In this document: one piece after another, positions 1 to 7,454 of the stretch
Position numbering within the stretch: position 1 is the stretch's first letter
How the letters are laid out: every line of letters starts with the position of its first letter
DNA from: Myxococcota bacterium
Lineage (GTDB): Bacteria > Myxococcota > JACRCW01
Length of the DNA stretch: 12,685 bases
Assembly: GCA_040752415.1 (NCBI GenBank)
Contig: JBFMGU010000294.1
Span: forward strand, 1 to 12,685
Direction of reading: 5' to 3'
Notes under the pieces: model-generated
What the model saw: only the letters and a program-made list of their open reading frames with translations
What the model was told of the DNA's origin: nothing
Database searches by the model: none
Position numbers and translations under genes: made by a program

Positions 1-2018
1 GCCAGCGCCGCCACCAGGAGCCCGCAGATGGCCCCACCGGCGATGTAGCCCGACGCCAGCAGCACACCCGGACTGAACTCCGCCTCCGCCTCGCTGGTGC
101 GCGTCCTGCGGTCCACCAGGTAGCGCACGAGCCCGCCGACCATGATGGGCGCCGACGAGCTGATGGGCAGGTACAGGCCCACCGCGAACGGCAGCGACGG
201 AACGCCCGCCAGCTCCATCATCAGCGCAATGAAGATGCCCAGCAGCACCAATGCCCACGGGAGCTTCTGCGTGAGGATGCCGTCGATGATGAGCGACATC
301 AGCCGCGCCTTGGGCGCATCCAGCTTCACCGTCTTGCGCCCGTCCACCTCGCTCACGGTGCCGCCGATGCCGGGGTCGACCACGAAGCGGACCTCGCCCG
401 CTCCGTCGACGAGGTACTTGCCCTGCGGGATCTGTCCGCCGCTCTCCCGCACGTAGGCCACGCGGTAGTCCTGGCCGTCGGGCGCCTTCTGCACCTGCTC
501 GGTGACGACGTCCGGCTTGAGCCCGGGGTACGTGCGCGGCGCCACGGTGGTGTAGATGTTGTTGAGGTAGATGAGCACAAAGCCGATCACCGCCGCGCTG
601 GAGAGCACGCCCACCATGAGGGCCAGCTGCTGTCGCGCCGGCGTGGCCCCGACGAGGAATCCGGTCTTGAGGTCCTGGCTGGTGGTGCCGCCGTTGGAAG
701 CGGCAATGCACACGATGGCCGCCGTGGAGAGCGCCAGCGCGCGGTAGGAGACGCCGGTCCATCCCACGGCCAGGAAGAGCAGGCAGGTGATGAGCAGCGT
801 GGCCACCGTCATGCCGCTGATGGGGTTGGACGAGGAGCCAATCTGTCCGCAGATGCGCGAGCTCACCGTCACGAAGAAGAAGCCGAACAGCAGGATGAGC
901 AGCGCGCTGACGAGGTTGATGCCCAGGTGCGGGCTCAGCCAGATGACCAGCACCAGCGCCACGCTCCCCAGCACCACCACGGTGATGGGCAGGTCCCGCG
1001 CGGTGCGCTCCACCGTCGGCGCGCTGCCTTGGCGACTTTGCACGAACGTCTTGATGCCCGCACGGAACGCGTTGACGATGGTGGGCAGGCTGCGGATGAG
1101 CGAGATGATGCCGCCCGTGGCCACCGCGCCGGCGCCAATGTAGAGCACGTACGCGTTGCGGATCTCATGCGGTGACATCTGCGAGATGGGCTTGGTGCCC
1201 GGGAAGATGGCCTCGCTGGACGTGCCGAAGAACGTGATGGCGGGGATGATCACCAGGTAGGCCAGCACGCCGCCGGCAAAGGTCACCGCCGAGATGCGCA
1301 CGCCAATGATGTACCCCACGCCAATGAGCTCCGGGCTGATCTCCGCCGCCACCGAGGCGCCGCGGAAGAAACCCAGCGCGCGCTCCGGCACGTCCTGCCA
1401 CAGGCGCAGCCCCGCGTTGAGGAACTTGTAGAGGAGCCCGATGCCGAATCCCGAGAACACCGTCCTGGCATTGGTGCCGCCCTGCTCCCCGACGATGAGC
1501 ACGTCGGCGCACGCGGTCCCCTCGGGATACGTGAGATTGCCGTGCTCCTTGACGATGAGGCCGTAGCGCAACGGGATCATCATCAGCACGCCGAGCAGAC
1601 CGCCCAGGGAGGCGATGGTGAGCACCTGCAGCAGCTCGATGTCGTAGCCCATCAGCAGGAGCGCGGGGATGGTGATGGCCACGCCAAAGGCAATGGACTC
1701 CCCGGCGCTGCCGGTGGTCTGGGCGATGTTGTTCTCGAGGATGGTGGCCGGCCGCCCGAAGGCCTTCCCCAGGGCGCGGAAGATGGTGATGGAGAGCACC
1801 GCGACGGGAATGGAGGCGCTCACCGTCATGCCCACCTTCAGCGCCAGGTACACCGACGACGCGGCGAAGATGATTCCCAGCACCGCGCCCAGCACCAGCG
1901 CGCGCAGCGTGAGCTCGGGCATCTCGACGGAGGGGGCCACGTAGGGCTGGTGCTCGTGGGTGGCAGCGTCTCCGTCGGGGGAGTGGGCGGGGGCGAGGTT
2001 GGCAGCGGGCTGGGACAT
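1..2018 (-). CDS. OPT-family oligopeptide transporter (3' end truncated by the window edge)
   Basis: Translated by hand, since it has no stop in the window and is absent from the ORF track. ATG at 2018-2016 is preceded by GGAGG (2027-2023). It reads MSQPAANL...PELTLRALVLGAVLGIIFAASSVYLALKVGMTVSASIPVAVLSITIFR...TILENNIAQTTGSAGESIAFG...MIPLRYGLIVKEHGNLTYPEGTACADVL...SSNPISGMTVATL...TSQDLKTGFLVGATPARQQ...LLASGYIAGG, which are hallmark bacterial OPT motifs with many hydrophobic segments. Confidence 0.95.
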   Translation of the reverse strand, partial: MSQPAANLAPAHSPDGDAATHEHQPYVAPSVEMPELTLRALVLGAVLGIIFAASSVYLALKVGMTVSASIPVAVLSITIFRALGKAFGRPATILENNIAQTTGSAGESIAFGVAITIPALLLMGYDIELLQVLTIASLGGLLGVLMMIPLRYGLIVKEHGNLTYPEGTACADVLIVGEQGGTNARTVFSGFGIGLLYKFLNAGLRLWQDVPERALGFFRGASVAAEISPELIGVGYIIGVRISAVTFAGGVLAYLVIIPAITFFGTSSEAIFPGTKPISQMSPHEIRNAYVLYIGAGAVATGGIISLIRSLPTIVNAFRAGIKTFVQSRQGSAPTVERTARDLPITVVVLGSVALVLVIWLSPHLGINLVSALLILLFGFFFVTVSSRICGQIGSSSNPISGMTVATLLITCLLFLAVGWTGVSYRALALSTAAIVCIAASNGGTTSQDLKTGFLVGATPARQQLALMVGVLSSAAVIGFVLIYLNNIYTTVAPRTYPGLKPDVVTEQVQKAPDGQDYRVAYVRESGGQIPQGKYLVDGAGEVRFVVDPGIGGTVSEVDGRKTVKLDAPKARLMSLIIDGILTQKLPWALVLLGIFIALMMELAGVPSLPFAVGLYLPISSSAPIMVGGLVRYLVDRRTRTSEAEAEFSPGVLLASGYIAGGAICGLLVAAL

Positions 2019-2144
2019 GGAGCCTCCGTGCAGGATGCGGGGTCTACACCCGCGGCTCGGGCGGGGGAAACGCGTGGAGGTCCGTCGAGAGATGGAGGGA
2101 GGCACGTGTTGCCAAGCGGTCCTTCCATCTGGCACAGGGAACGC

Positions 2145-3026
2145 ATGGCCAAGGAGGGGCAGCGGTCGGTCCAGTCCACCGACTACATGACGGATCGCAT
2201 GGTCGCGGAGCGGTGTCTCCGGCTGTTCCGCAATTCCCAGTGGAAGCGGCTCCATGACTTCTGCCAGCGCGAGCCGCGCGCCGCCACGTGGACGCTCAAG
2301 GTCATTGCGCGGGAGATGGGCGTCCGGCCCACCGACGAGGGCGCACGCCAGCGCTTGGACGGGATGGCCCAGGGACAGAGCCCGCGCGCGCCCGCCGCCG
2401 CCGGTGTTCCCGAGGCCACGCTGGAGATTGACCTGGAGGACGTGGAGGAGGCGCTGTCCATCTCCGACGACGTCGTGACCGAGGAGCCCGCGCCCGTGCT
2501 CGCCACGCCCCCGCCCTCGTCACCCGCGCCCGCTCCGACGACACCCACGCCCTCCTTCGGGCGCCCCAGCACGCCGGTGGCCATGGCGCCGGTGGTGGAG
2601 ACCCCGGTCCCCTCGTCGGTGCCGCTGAAGGGCAAGGCCAACGCGCACTTCAACCAGTACCTGCTGCACCGGGAGGGCGACGACGCGGTGATGGCCGGGC
2701 GCGCGTTGCTGGAGGCGGCGCAGGCGCTGGAGCCGGGGATGCAGCTGCCGCTGGCGGCGGTGGAGTTCCGGGAGTTGTCGTCGTTGCTGGCGCGGCTGGG
2801 GGAGTTCCGGCTGCTGGCCCAGCTGTGCCTGGCGCTGCCGCGCAACATGGTGACCAGCGCGCAGTTTGACCTCGGGGAGAAGCTGAAGCTGGGGGCGCAG
2901 GTGCACCGCGCCGTGGCGGAGTACGTCGAGCACATGCGCAGCCTGAAGGAGCTGGGCCAGACGGACTCCAAGGGCGCCGACACGCGGCTGCTGGAAGCCA
3001 TCAAGGCCATTGTCCTCAAGGCCTGA
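2145..3026 (+). CDS. Hypothetical protein (~293 aa): helical N-terminus, acidic/Pro-rich linker, helical C-terminal domain
   Basis: This is the 3' part of ORF 1542..3026, whose 5' part overlaps the OPT gene antisense. Strong G/C third-position bias from about 2145. The start is uncertain (MAKEG at 2145, or one of the downstream Met codons in MTDRM). No family recognised. Confidence 0.75.
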   Translation: MAKEGQRSVQSTDYMTDRMVAERCLRLFRNSQWKRLHDFCQREPRAATWTLKVIAREMGVRPTDEGARQRLDGMAQGQSPRAPAAAGVPEATLEIDLEDVEEALSISDDVVTEEPAPVLATPPPSSPAPAPTTPTPSFGRPSTPVAMAPVVETPVPSSVPLKGKANAHFNQYLLHREGDDAVMAGRALLEAAQALEPGMQLPLAAVEFRELSSLLARLGEFRLLAQLCLALPRNMVTSAQFDLGEKLKLGAQVHRAVAEYVEHMRSLKELGQTDSKGADTRLLEAIKAIVLKA

Positions 3027-3052
3027 TTTGCCTTTTTCCGCCGCTCCACTAA

Positions 3053-3083
3053 AGAGCGCGCCGCTTTTGTGCAGAGCGCGCCG
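3053..3083 (+). repeat. Perfect 11-bp direct repeat AGAGCGCGCCG x2 (20-bp period) upstream of the esterase
   Basis: Copies at 3053-3063 and 3073-3083 in the 86-bp intergenic gap. Confidence 0.6.
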
Positions 3084-3112
3084 GGCACGCCCCGGTCAGC
3101 GACGGAGCCATC

Positions 3113-3853
3113 ATGCGCAAGGAAGTGCACTCCTGGTACAGCCACCGCATCGGAAGGGAAATGCCCATTGCCGTCTACGGCCACTTCGGCTTCCCGCTCC
3201 TGATGTTCCCCACCGCCGCCGCGGACTTCGAGGAGTACGAGCGCTTCCACCTCATTGGCGCCATCTCCCATCTCATCAACGCGGGGAAGGTGAAGGTCTA
3301 CGCCATTGACTCGGTGAACCGGCACACGTGGATGGCCAGCGGGGTGCACCCGGGACGGCGCGCGTACCTGCACGAGTTCTACGACCAGTACGTCACGCAG
3401 GAGGTGGCCCCCTTCATCTGGAACCACCAGGGCGGCCGTCAGGGCATCATCACCACCGGCGCCAGCGTGGGCGCGTATCACGCCGTGAACTTCCTGCTGC
3501 GCCACCCGGACATCTTCAGCGGCACCATCGCCATGAGCGGCTCCTATGACCTGAGCCAGTTCGTGGACGACTACATGGACCACAACGTCTACATCAATTC
3601 GCCGCTGCACTACGTGCCCAACATGCACGACCACTGGCAGCTCACCATGATCCGGGACCACGGCAAGCGCATCCACGTCCTCACCGGCCAGGGGCCGTAC
3701 GAGGCGCCGCACCAGTCCCGTCGGCTCTCGACGGCGCTGTGGGACAAGGGCGTGTGGCACAACCTGGACCTGTGGGGTCATGACATGCGCCATGACTGGC
3801 CCACGTGGCGTCTCATGCTGCCGCACTACCTGGAGACGCGGCACTTCGGCTGA
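3113..3853 (+). CDS. Putative esterase, alpha/beta-hydrolase fold (246 aa)
   Basis: Nucleophile elbow GASVG and C-terminal HDWPTW (likely catalytic His). The W-x-S-x-x-I-GREM and YGHFGFPLLMFPT N-terminal motifs fit the putative-esterase (PF00756-like) group. RBS GGAG at 3104-3107. Confidence 0.9.
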   Translation: MRKEVHSWYSHRIGREMPIAVYGHFGFPLLMFPTAAADFEEYERFHLIGAISHLINAGKVKVYAIDSVNRHTWMASGVHPGRRAYLHEFYDQYVTQEVAPFIWNHQGGRQGIITTGASVGAYHAVNFLLRHPDIFSGTIAMSGSYDLSQFVDDYMDHNVYINSPLHYVPNMHDHWQLTMIRDHGKRIHVLTGQGPYEAPHQSRRLSTALWDKGVWHNLDLWGHDMRHDWPTWRLMLPHYLETRHFG

Positions 3854-3909
3854 CGACGGGGCCGGCGGCGCAGGCGGGTGAAGCGTATAAGCCCGGCGAG
3901 GGCGCCCCG

Positions 3910-4593
3910 ATGGTCGACGCGCTGCACGAGGAAGTGGAGCCCAAGGGCGTCTGCCTGGTGGCCTACCACCCGCTGGTCATCCAGGAGCTGCGGCACGCCC
4001 TGCAGAACACGGTGCACCGCTTCTGCACCTACGAGCTCCCGGTGGGGCTGCCGACGGAACAACAGCTCCAGCAACTGCCGGCCTGCGCGCTCTACGTGGT
4101 GGACCTGGACACGTCGCTGGGCGACGCGGAGCCGCTGTGCCGCGCGCTGATTGCCCGGCGACCGGATTCCCGCGTGGTGGTGACCTCCCGGGCCTTTGAT
4201 GAGCTGCTGGCGCTCTCGCTCATGCGCTTGGGCGTGCGCGGTTTCATCCTGTACGCCGACGTGGCCGACCAGCTCCCGCGCGCCGTGCCCGCCGTGCTGC
4301 AGGGGGGCCTGTGGGCGTCCCGGGACCTCCTGACGCGTTTTGTCGACGCCGTGCTGCCCGCGTTGCGCCAGGGTGAGGTGGGCATGGTGCAGGGGACGCC
4401 GCTCAGTCGACGGGAGCGGGAGATCTGCGACGCGCTGCTGCACAACCTGAGCAACAAGGAGATTGCGCAGCGGCTGCACATCTCCGAGCGCACGGTGAAG
4501 TTCCACGTCTCCAACCTGCTGCAGAAGTTCCACGTGCGACGGCGCGCGGACCTCGTGGTGCTGTACTCGCAGGGGCGCGCCCTCCATTCCTGA
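3910..4593 (+). CDS. NarL/LuxR-family response regulator with atypical receiver domain (227 aa)
   Basis: C-terminal LuxR HTH: PLSRREREICDALLHNLSNKEIAQRLHISERTVKFHVSNLLQKF. N-terminal receiver-like pattern: VCLVAYHPLV, YVVDLD, VVVTS, GVRGFILY. The ATG at 3910 follows GAGGG, whereas the 3805 start would overlap the esterase. Confidence 0.92.
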   Translation: MVDALHEEVEPKGVCLVAYHPLVIQELRHALQNTVHRFCTYELPVGLPTEQQLQQLPACALYVVDLDTSLGDAEPLCRALIARRPDSRVVVTSRAFDELLALSLMRLGVRGFILYADVADQLPRAVPAVLQGGLWASRDLLTRFVDAVLPALRQGEVGMVQGTPLSRREREICDALLHNLSNKEIAQRLHISERTVKFHVSNLLQKFHVRRRADLVVLYSQGRALHS

Positions 4594-4683
4594 GCCTCGA
4601 CGTGGACATGCGGCGCAGGGACGGATTGTGGCCAGGGTGGGGCCCTGTCCGCGGGGTCAGGGAGACATGCTCCCACTGGCCAT

Positions 4684-4720
4684 CCGCCTCACGCTGACGG
4701 CGGCGTGAGCGGGCTTTCTC
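4684..4720 (+). terminator. Possible intrinsic terminator after the esterase and LuxR genes
   Basis: GC-rich stem CCGC(C)TCACGCTG-ACGG-CGGCGTGAGCGG followed by GCTTTCTC, a weak U tract. Confidence 0.35.
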
Positions 4721-5021
4721 GTCGGAGCTCGCGGGTTTCCCCGGGGGACAGGCGGCCAGGGGTGCGCATGCTCCTGTCCGTGCACGCGCTGGATATTCGT
4801 GCGTGACCTCGGACGTTCGACGAGTTTGCGCATGCGGCGCGGGGTGTGGATGCTGCGCGCGCGTTCTTGTGGGTCCAACCCGCCGCGTTGGGTTTGTCAG
4901 GGGTGGGCGGCCTCGGGGGCGCGTGAAAACCACGGTGTTGTCGTGCCGGCATTCTCGTGTGCCGGGATGGGAACCCCTTTCCGCGCGCGTCGTGCCTGCC
5001 AGGGCGTGCGCAGGGGCCAGG

Positions 5022-7430
5022 ATGATGAACAGAAGAGCAACAACCTCCGTGATGCTGCTGGCGCTCTCCCTCGGCGCGGGCTGCAACCTCATCCCTTCGC
5101 AGAGCCAGAACCTCCCGCCGCCGCAGAAGGGCGCGGGTGGCAGCGGGACCATCCGCGTGGACGGCGTGGAGCAGGCCTACCGCGTCGTCGAGGACCAGTC
5201 GTCGTTGCTGCTGCTGGTGAAGAAGAACGAAGGCGACGCGTGCAGCTTCTTCCACCACCACGCCGTGGCGGCGCAGGCGGTGGCGTATTCCTTTGCGCTG
5301 GACCCCGCGCAGCCCGGCAGCTCCACGCTCACCGCGCGCGTGGTGGCCGCGGGCCTGGACCCCGACGACGCCAGCTACCGCGAGCAGTTCCCCGAAACCG
5401 CGGGCAGCACCATGACCGACCGGGAACGGCAGGACATCCGCGTGAACATGCTGGACCAGCTGGATGCGGCCAACCACCCCGAGCTCACCTTCACCGCCAG
5501 GAACCTCAGCACGCTGGACGGGGCGGGCACCGCGGATGTCACCGTCGACGTGAAGGGCCGCAGCAGCACGTTGCGCATGGAGGCCACGGCGCGCTGGGAG
5601 GACAACCGGCTCATCATGGAAGGCGCCGGCGTGCTGGACGGCACGCAGCACGACATCCCGGTGGGCACGTTCAAGGACTGCGTCAACCCGTCCATGGGCC
5701 TGAAGATGCGCGTGGTGCTGGAGCCGGGTGAGTCGAGCGGGACGGTGCCGGACGCGGGCGTCGTCGAGGAGTTCCAGCGCCAGTTCTACCCGCCGGACGG
5801 TGACTGCGGCGAGGTGGGCTACTCCGAGGTGCGTCAGACGCTGCTGGTGCGCTGCGCGGGCTGTCACTCCAATCCGCCCACGCAGGGCGCCACCGTGCCG
5901 CTGATGACTTGGTACGACTACCGCTACGACTCGGTCATGTCGCCGGGACGGCCGCTCTACCTCGACGTGGCGGAGCGCATCCTGGACTCGGGCGGCCGAC
6001 GCATGCCGCCAGAGGGCGCCACGCCGCTCACCACCGACGAGATCTCCCGCGTGCTGACCTGGGCCGCCACCGGCGGGCACATGGTGGCCTGCAACGACAA
6101 CGGCACGCCGCCGGGCGGCTCCTCGGGAACGCCGGGGACGTCGTCATCCTCCGGCGGAACGTCGGGGGACCCGGGCGCCTGTGACCCGGTGGGCTACGCC
6201 GACGTGGAGCCGATTGTTTCCACCTGGTGCACCGGTTGCCACCGTGCCGACGGGCCCCAGGTTGCGCTGGATTCCTACGAGGCGGGTCTGCAGCCCACGT
6301 CGCATCCCGCCTACCAGTCGCTGAACCGCTGGCAGGCTTCCGCGGCGCGCATGGAGGACCAGTCCATGCCGCCGGGTGGCGGGCCCAGCAGCGCTGACGT
6401 CGAGCTGGTGCGTCGCTGGGTGAACGCGGGGACGCCGCGCGAGCCATGTGCCTCGGGTGGCAACACGGCCGCCACGAGCTCGTCGTCATCGGGAGCGCCG
6501 CCGGCGTCGTCAACGTCCTCAACCTCATCGTCATCGTCGGGCGCGCCGGCGGGTTCGTCGTCCAGTTCCTCCGGAGGGGCGTCGTCCTCGTCGGGTGGAA
6601 CATCTTCGTCGTCGGGAGGCGTGGAAACGCCGGACGCCGGCACGTGCGACCCGGTGGGCTACGCCGACGTGGAGCCGATCATGTCGTCGTGGTGCACGGG
6701 CTGCCATCGCTCCGGTGGAGCGCAGGTTCCGTTGGACTCGTACCAGGCGGGGCTGCAGGCCACGTCGCACCCGGCGTACCGCCCCATGAACCGCTGGGAA
6801 GCGTCCGCCGCGCGCATGGAGGACCAGTCGATGCCGCCGGGTGGCAACGGACCGAGCAACGCGGAGATCGACCTGGTGCGTCGCTGGGTGAACGCGGGCA
6901 CGCCGGAGCAGGCGTGTGAGCCGGGTAACGGCGCGTCATCTCCCGACGCGGGCAGCCCGAACGAGGTGGACGCGGGTGAGCCATCGTCGCCGCCGGATGC
7001 GGGCGGGCCGGAGCCCTGGGAGCCCACCTGCACGTCGGGCACCTGGTGGGATGACGGCGACCACGGCTCGTCCCGGATGCACCCGGGTGGGAACTGCATG
7101 AACTGTCACAGCCGTGAGGATGGGCCCACCTACAAGGCCGCGGGCACGGTGATGGGCGCCCTCCACGACGAGACGGACTGCAACGGCGTGCCCAACGTCA
7201 CGGTGCGCATCACCGACGCGAACGGCGCTGTCATTGAGCTGCTCACGAACACCGCGGGCAACTTCAAGACGAGCACCAGCATTGCCAAGCCATACACCGC
7301 GGAGGTTGTCGACGCGTTGGGCAACGTGCGTCGGATGTTCACACCGCAGACGGATGGCAACTGCATGAACTGCCACACCATGGAAGGCGCCAACGGCGCG
7401 CCGGGCCGCATCATCCCGCCAGCGCCGTGA
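5022..7430 (+). CDS. Lipoprotein with YceI-like domain and five c-type heme motifs (802 aa)
   Basis: Signal MMNRRATTSVMLLALSLGAG|C with a lipobox. YceI-like region at about 5178-5724 (QLDAANHPELTF, VDVKGRS). CxxCH motifs at 5853, 6228, 6693, 7095 and 7362. The first three are each followed by a distal MPP motif and W-x-x-x-G. Ser/Gly-rich linkers separate the domains. Confidence 0.88.
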   Translation: MMNRRATTSVMLLALSLGAGCNLIPSQSQNLPPPQKGAGGSGTIRVDGVEQAYRVVEDQSSLLLLVKKNEGDACSFFHHHAVAAQAVAYSFALDPAQPGSSTLTARVVAAGLDPDDASYREQFPETAGSTMTDRERQDIRVNMLDQLDAANHPELTFTARNLSTLDGAGTADVTVDVKGRSSTLRMEATARWEDNRLIMEGAGVLDGTQHDIPVGTFKDCVNPSMGLKMRVVLEPGESSGTVPDAGVVEEFQRQFYPPDGDCGEVGYSEVRQTLLVRCAGCHSNPPTQGATVPLMTWYDYRYDSVMSPGRPLYLDVAERILDSGGRRMPPEGATPLTTDEISRVLTWAATGGHMVACNDNGTPPGGSSGTPGTSSSSGGTSGDPGACDPVGYADVEPIVSTWCTGCHRADGPQVALDSYEAGLQPTSHPAYQSLNRWQASAARMEDQSMPPGGGPSSADVELVRRWVNAGTPREPCASGGNTAATSSSSSGAPPASSTSSTSSSSSGAPAGSSSSSSGGASSSSGGTSSSSGGVETPDAGTCDPVGYADVEPIMSSWCTGCHRSGGAQVPLDSYQAGLQATSHPAYRPMNRWEASAARMEDQSMPPGGNGPSNAEIDLVRRWVNAGTPEQACEPGNGASSPDAGSPNEVDAGEPSSPPDAGGPEPWEPTCTSGTWWDDGDHGSSRMHPGGNCMNCHSREDGPTYKAAGTVMGALHDETDCNGVPNVTVRITDANGAVIELLTNTAGNFKTSTSIAKPYTAEVVDALGNVRRMFTPQTDGNCMNCHTMEGANGAPGRIIPPAP
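6180..6917 (+). repeat. Intragenic duplication of a ~90-aa cytochrome c domain (6180-6449 and 6645-6917)
   Basis: Both copies begin CDPVGYADVEPI and end LVRRWVNAGTP-x-x-x-C. By hand count they are about 78% identical (19 substitutions plus a 1-codon indel) and are separated by a Ser-rich linker. Confidence 0.95.
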
Positions 7431-7432
7431 GG

Positions 7433-7454
7433 TGATCCGGTGTGACACCGGTCA
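7433..7454. terminator. Palindrome between convergent genes, possibly a bidirectional terminator or stabilising hairpin
   Basis: CCGGTGT-G-ACACCGG at 7437-7451, extendable with TGA/TCA, fills most of the 21-bp gap between the two stop codons. There is no U tract. Confidence 0.4.

Noticed and set aside
1542..2144. 5' extension of ORF 1542..3026
   Set aside because: It is the antisense shadow of the OPT transporter plus intergenic DNA. The real protein probably starts at about 2145.
2183..3844. 553-aa minus-strand ORF, and likewise 3826..4587, 4689..6080, 9627..11333 and 11345..12682
   Set aside because: These are antisense shadows of well-supported plus-strand genes, expected in ~70% GC DNA, and have no recognisable motifs.
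4650..4685. GGGTCAGGGAGACATGC resembling a cobalamin riboswitch B12 box
   Set aside because: There is no upstream GGGAA core, CCACTG lies after rather than before the box, and no B12-related gene is downstream.
4860..4900. Minus-strand GACAAACC...GGTTGGAC resembling a c-di-GMP-I riboswitch
   Set aside because: It lacks the GNRA tetraloop and GCAAA elements and is on the wrong strand for the downstream gene.
4803..5021. N-terminal 73-aa Cys/Arg-rich extension of the cytochrome ORF
   Set aside because: Codon usage is poor and it would bury the clear lipoprotein signal that begins at 5022/5025.
6470..6620. TCG/TCC-rich short repeats
   Set aside because: They encode a Ser/Gly linker and have no repeat-spacer structure, so this is not a CRISPR array or mobile repeat.
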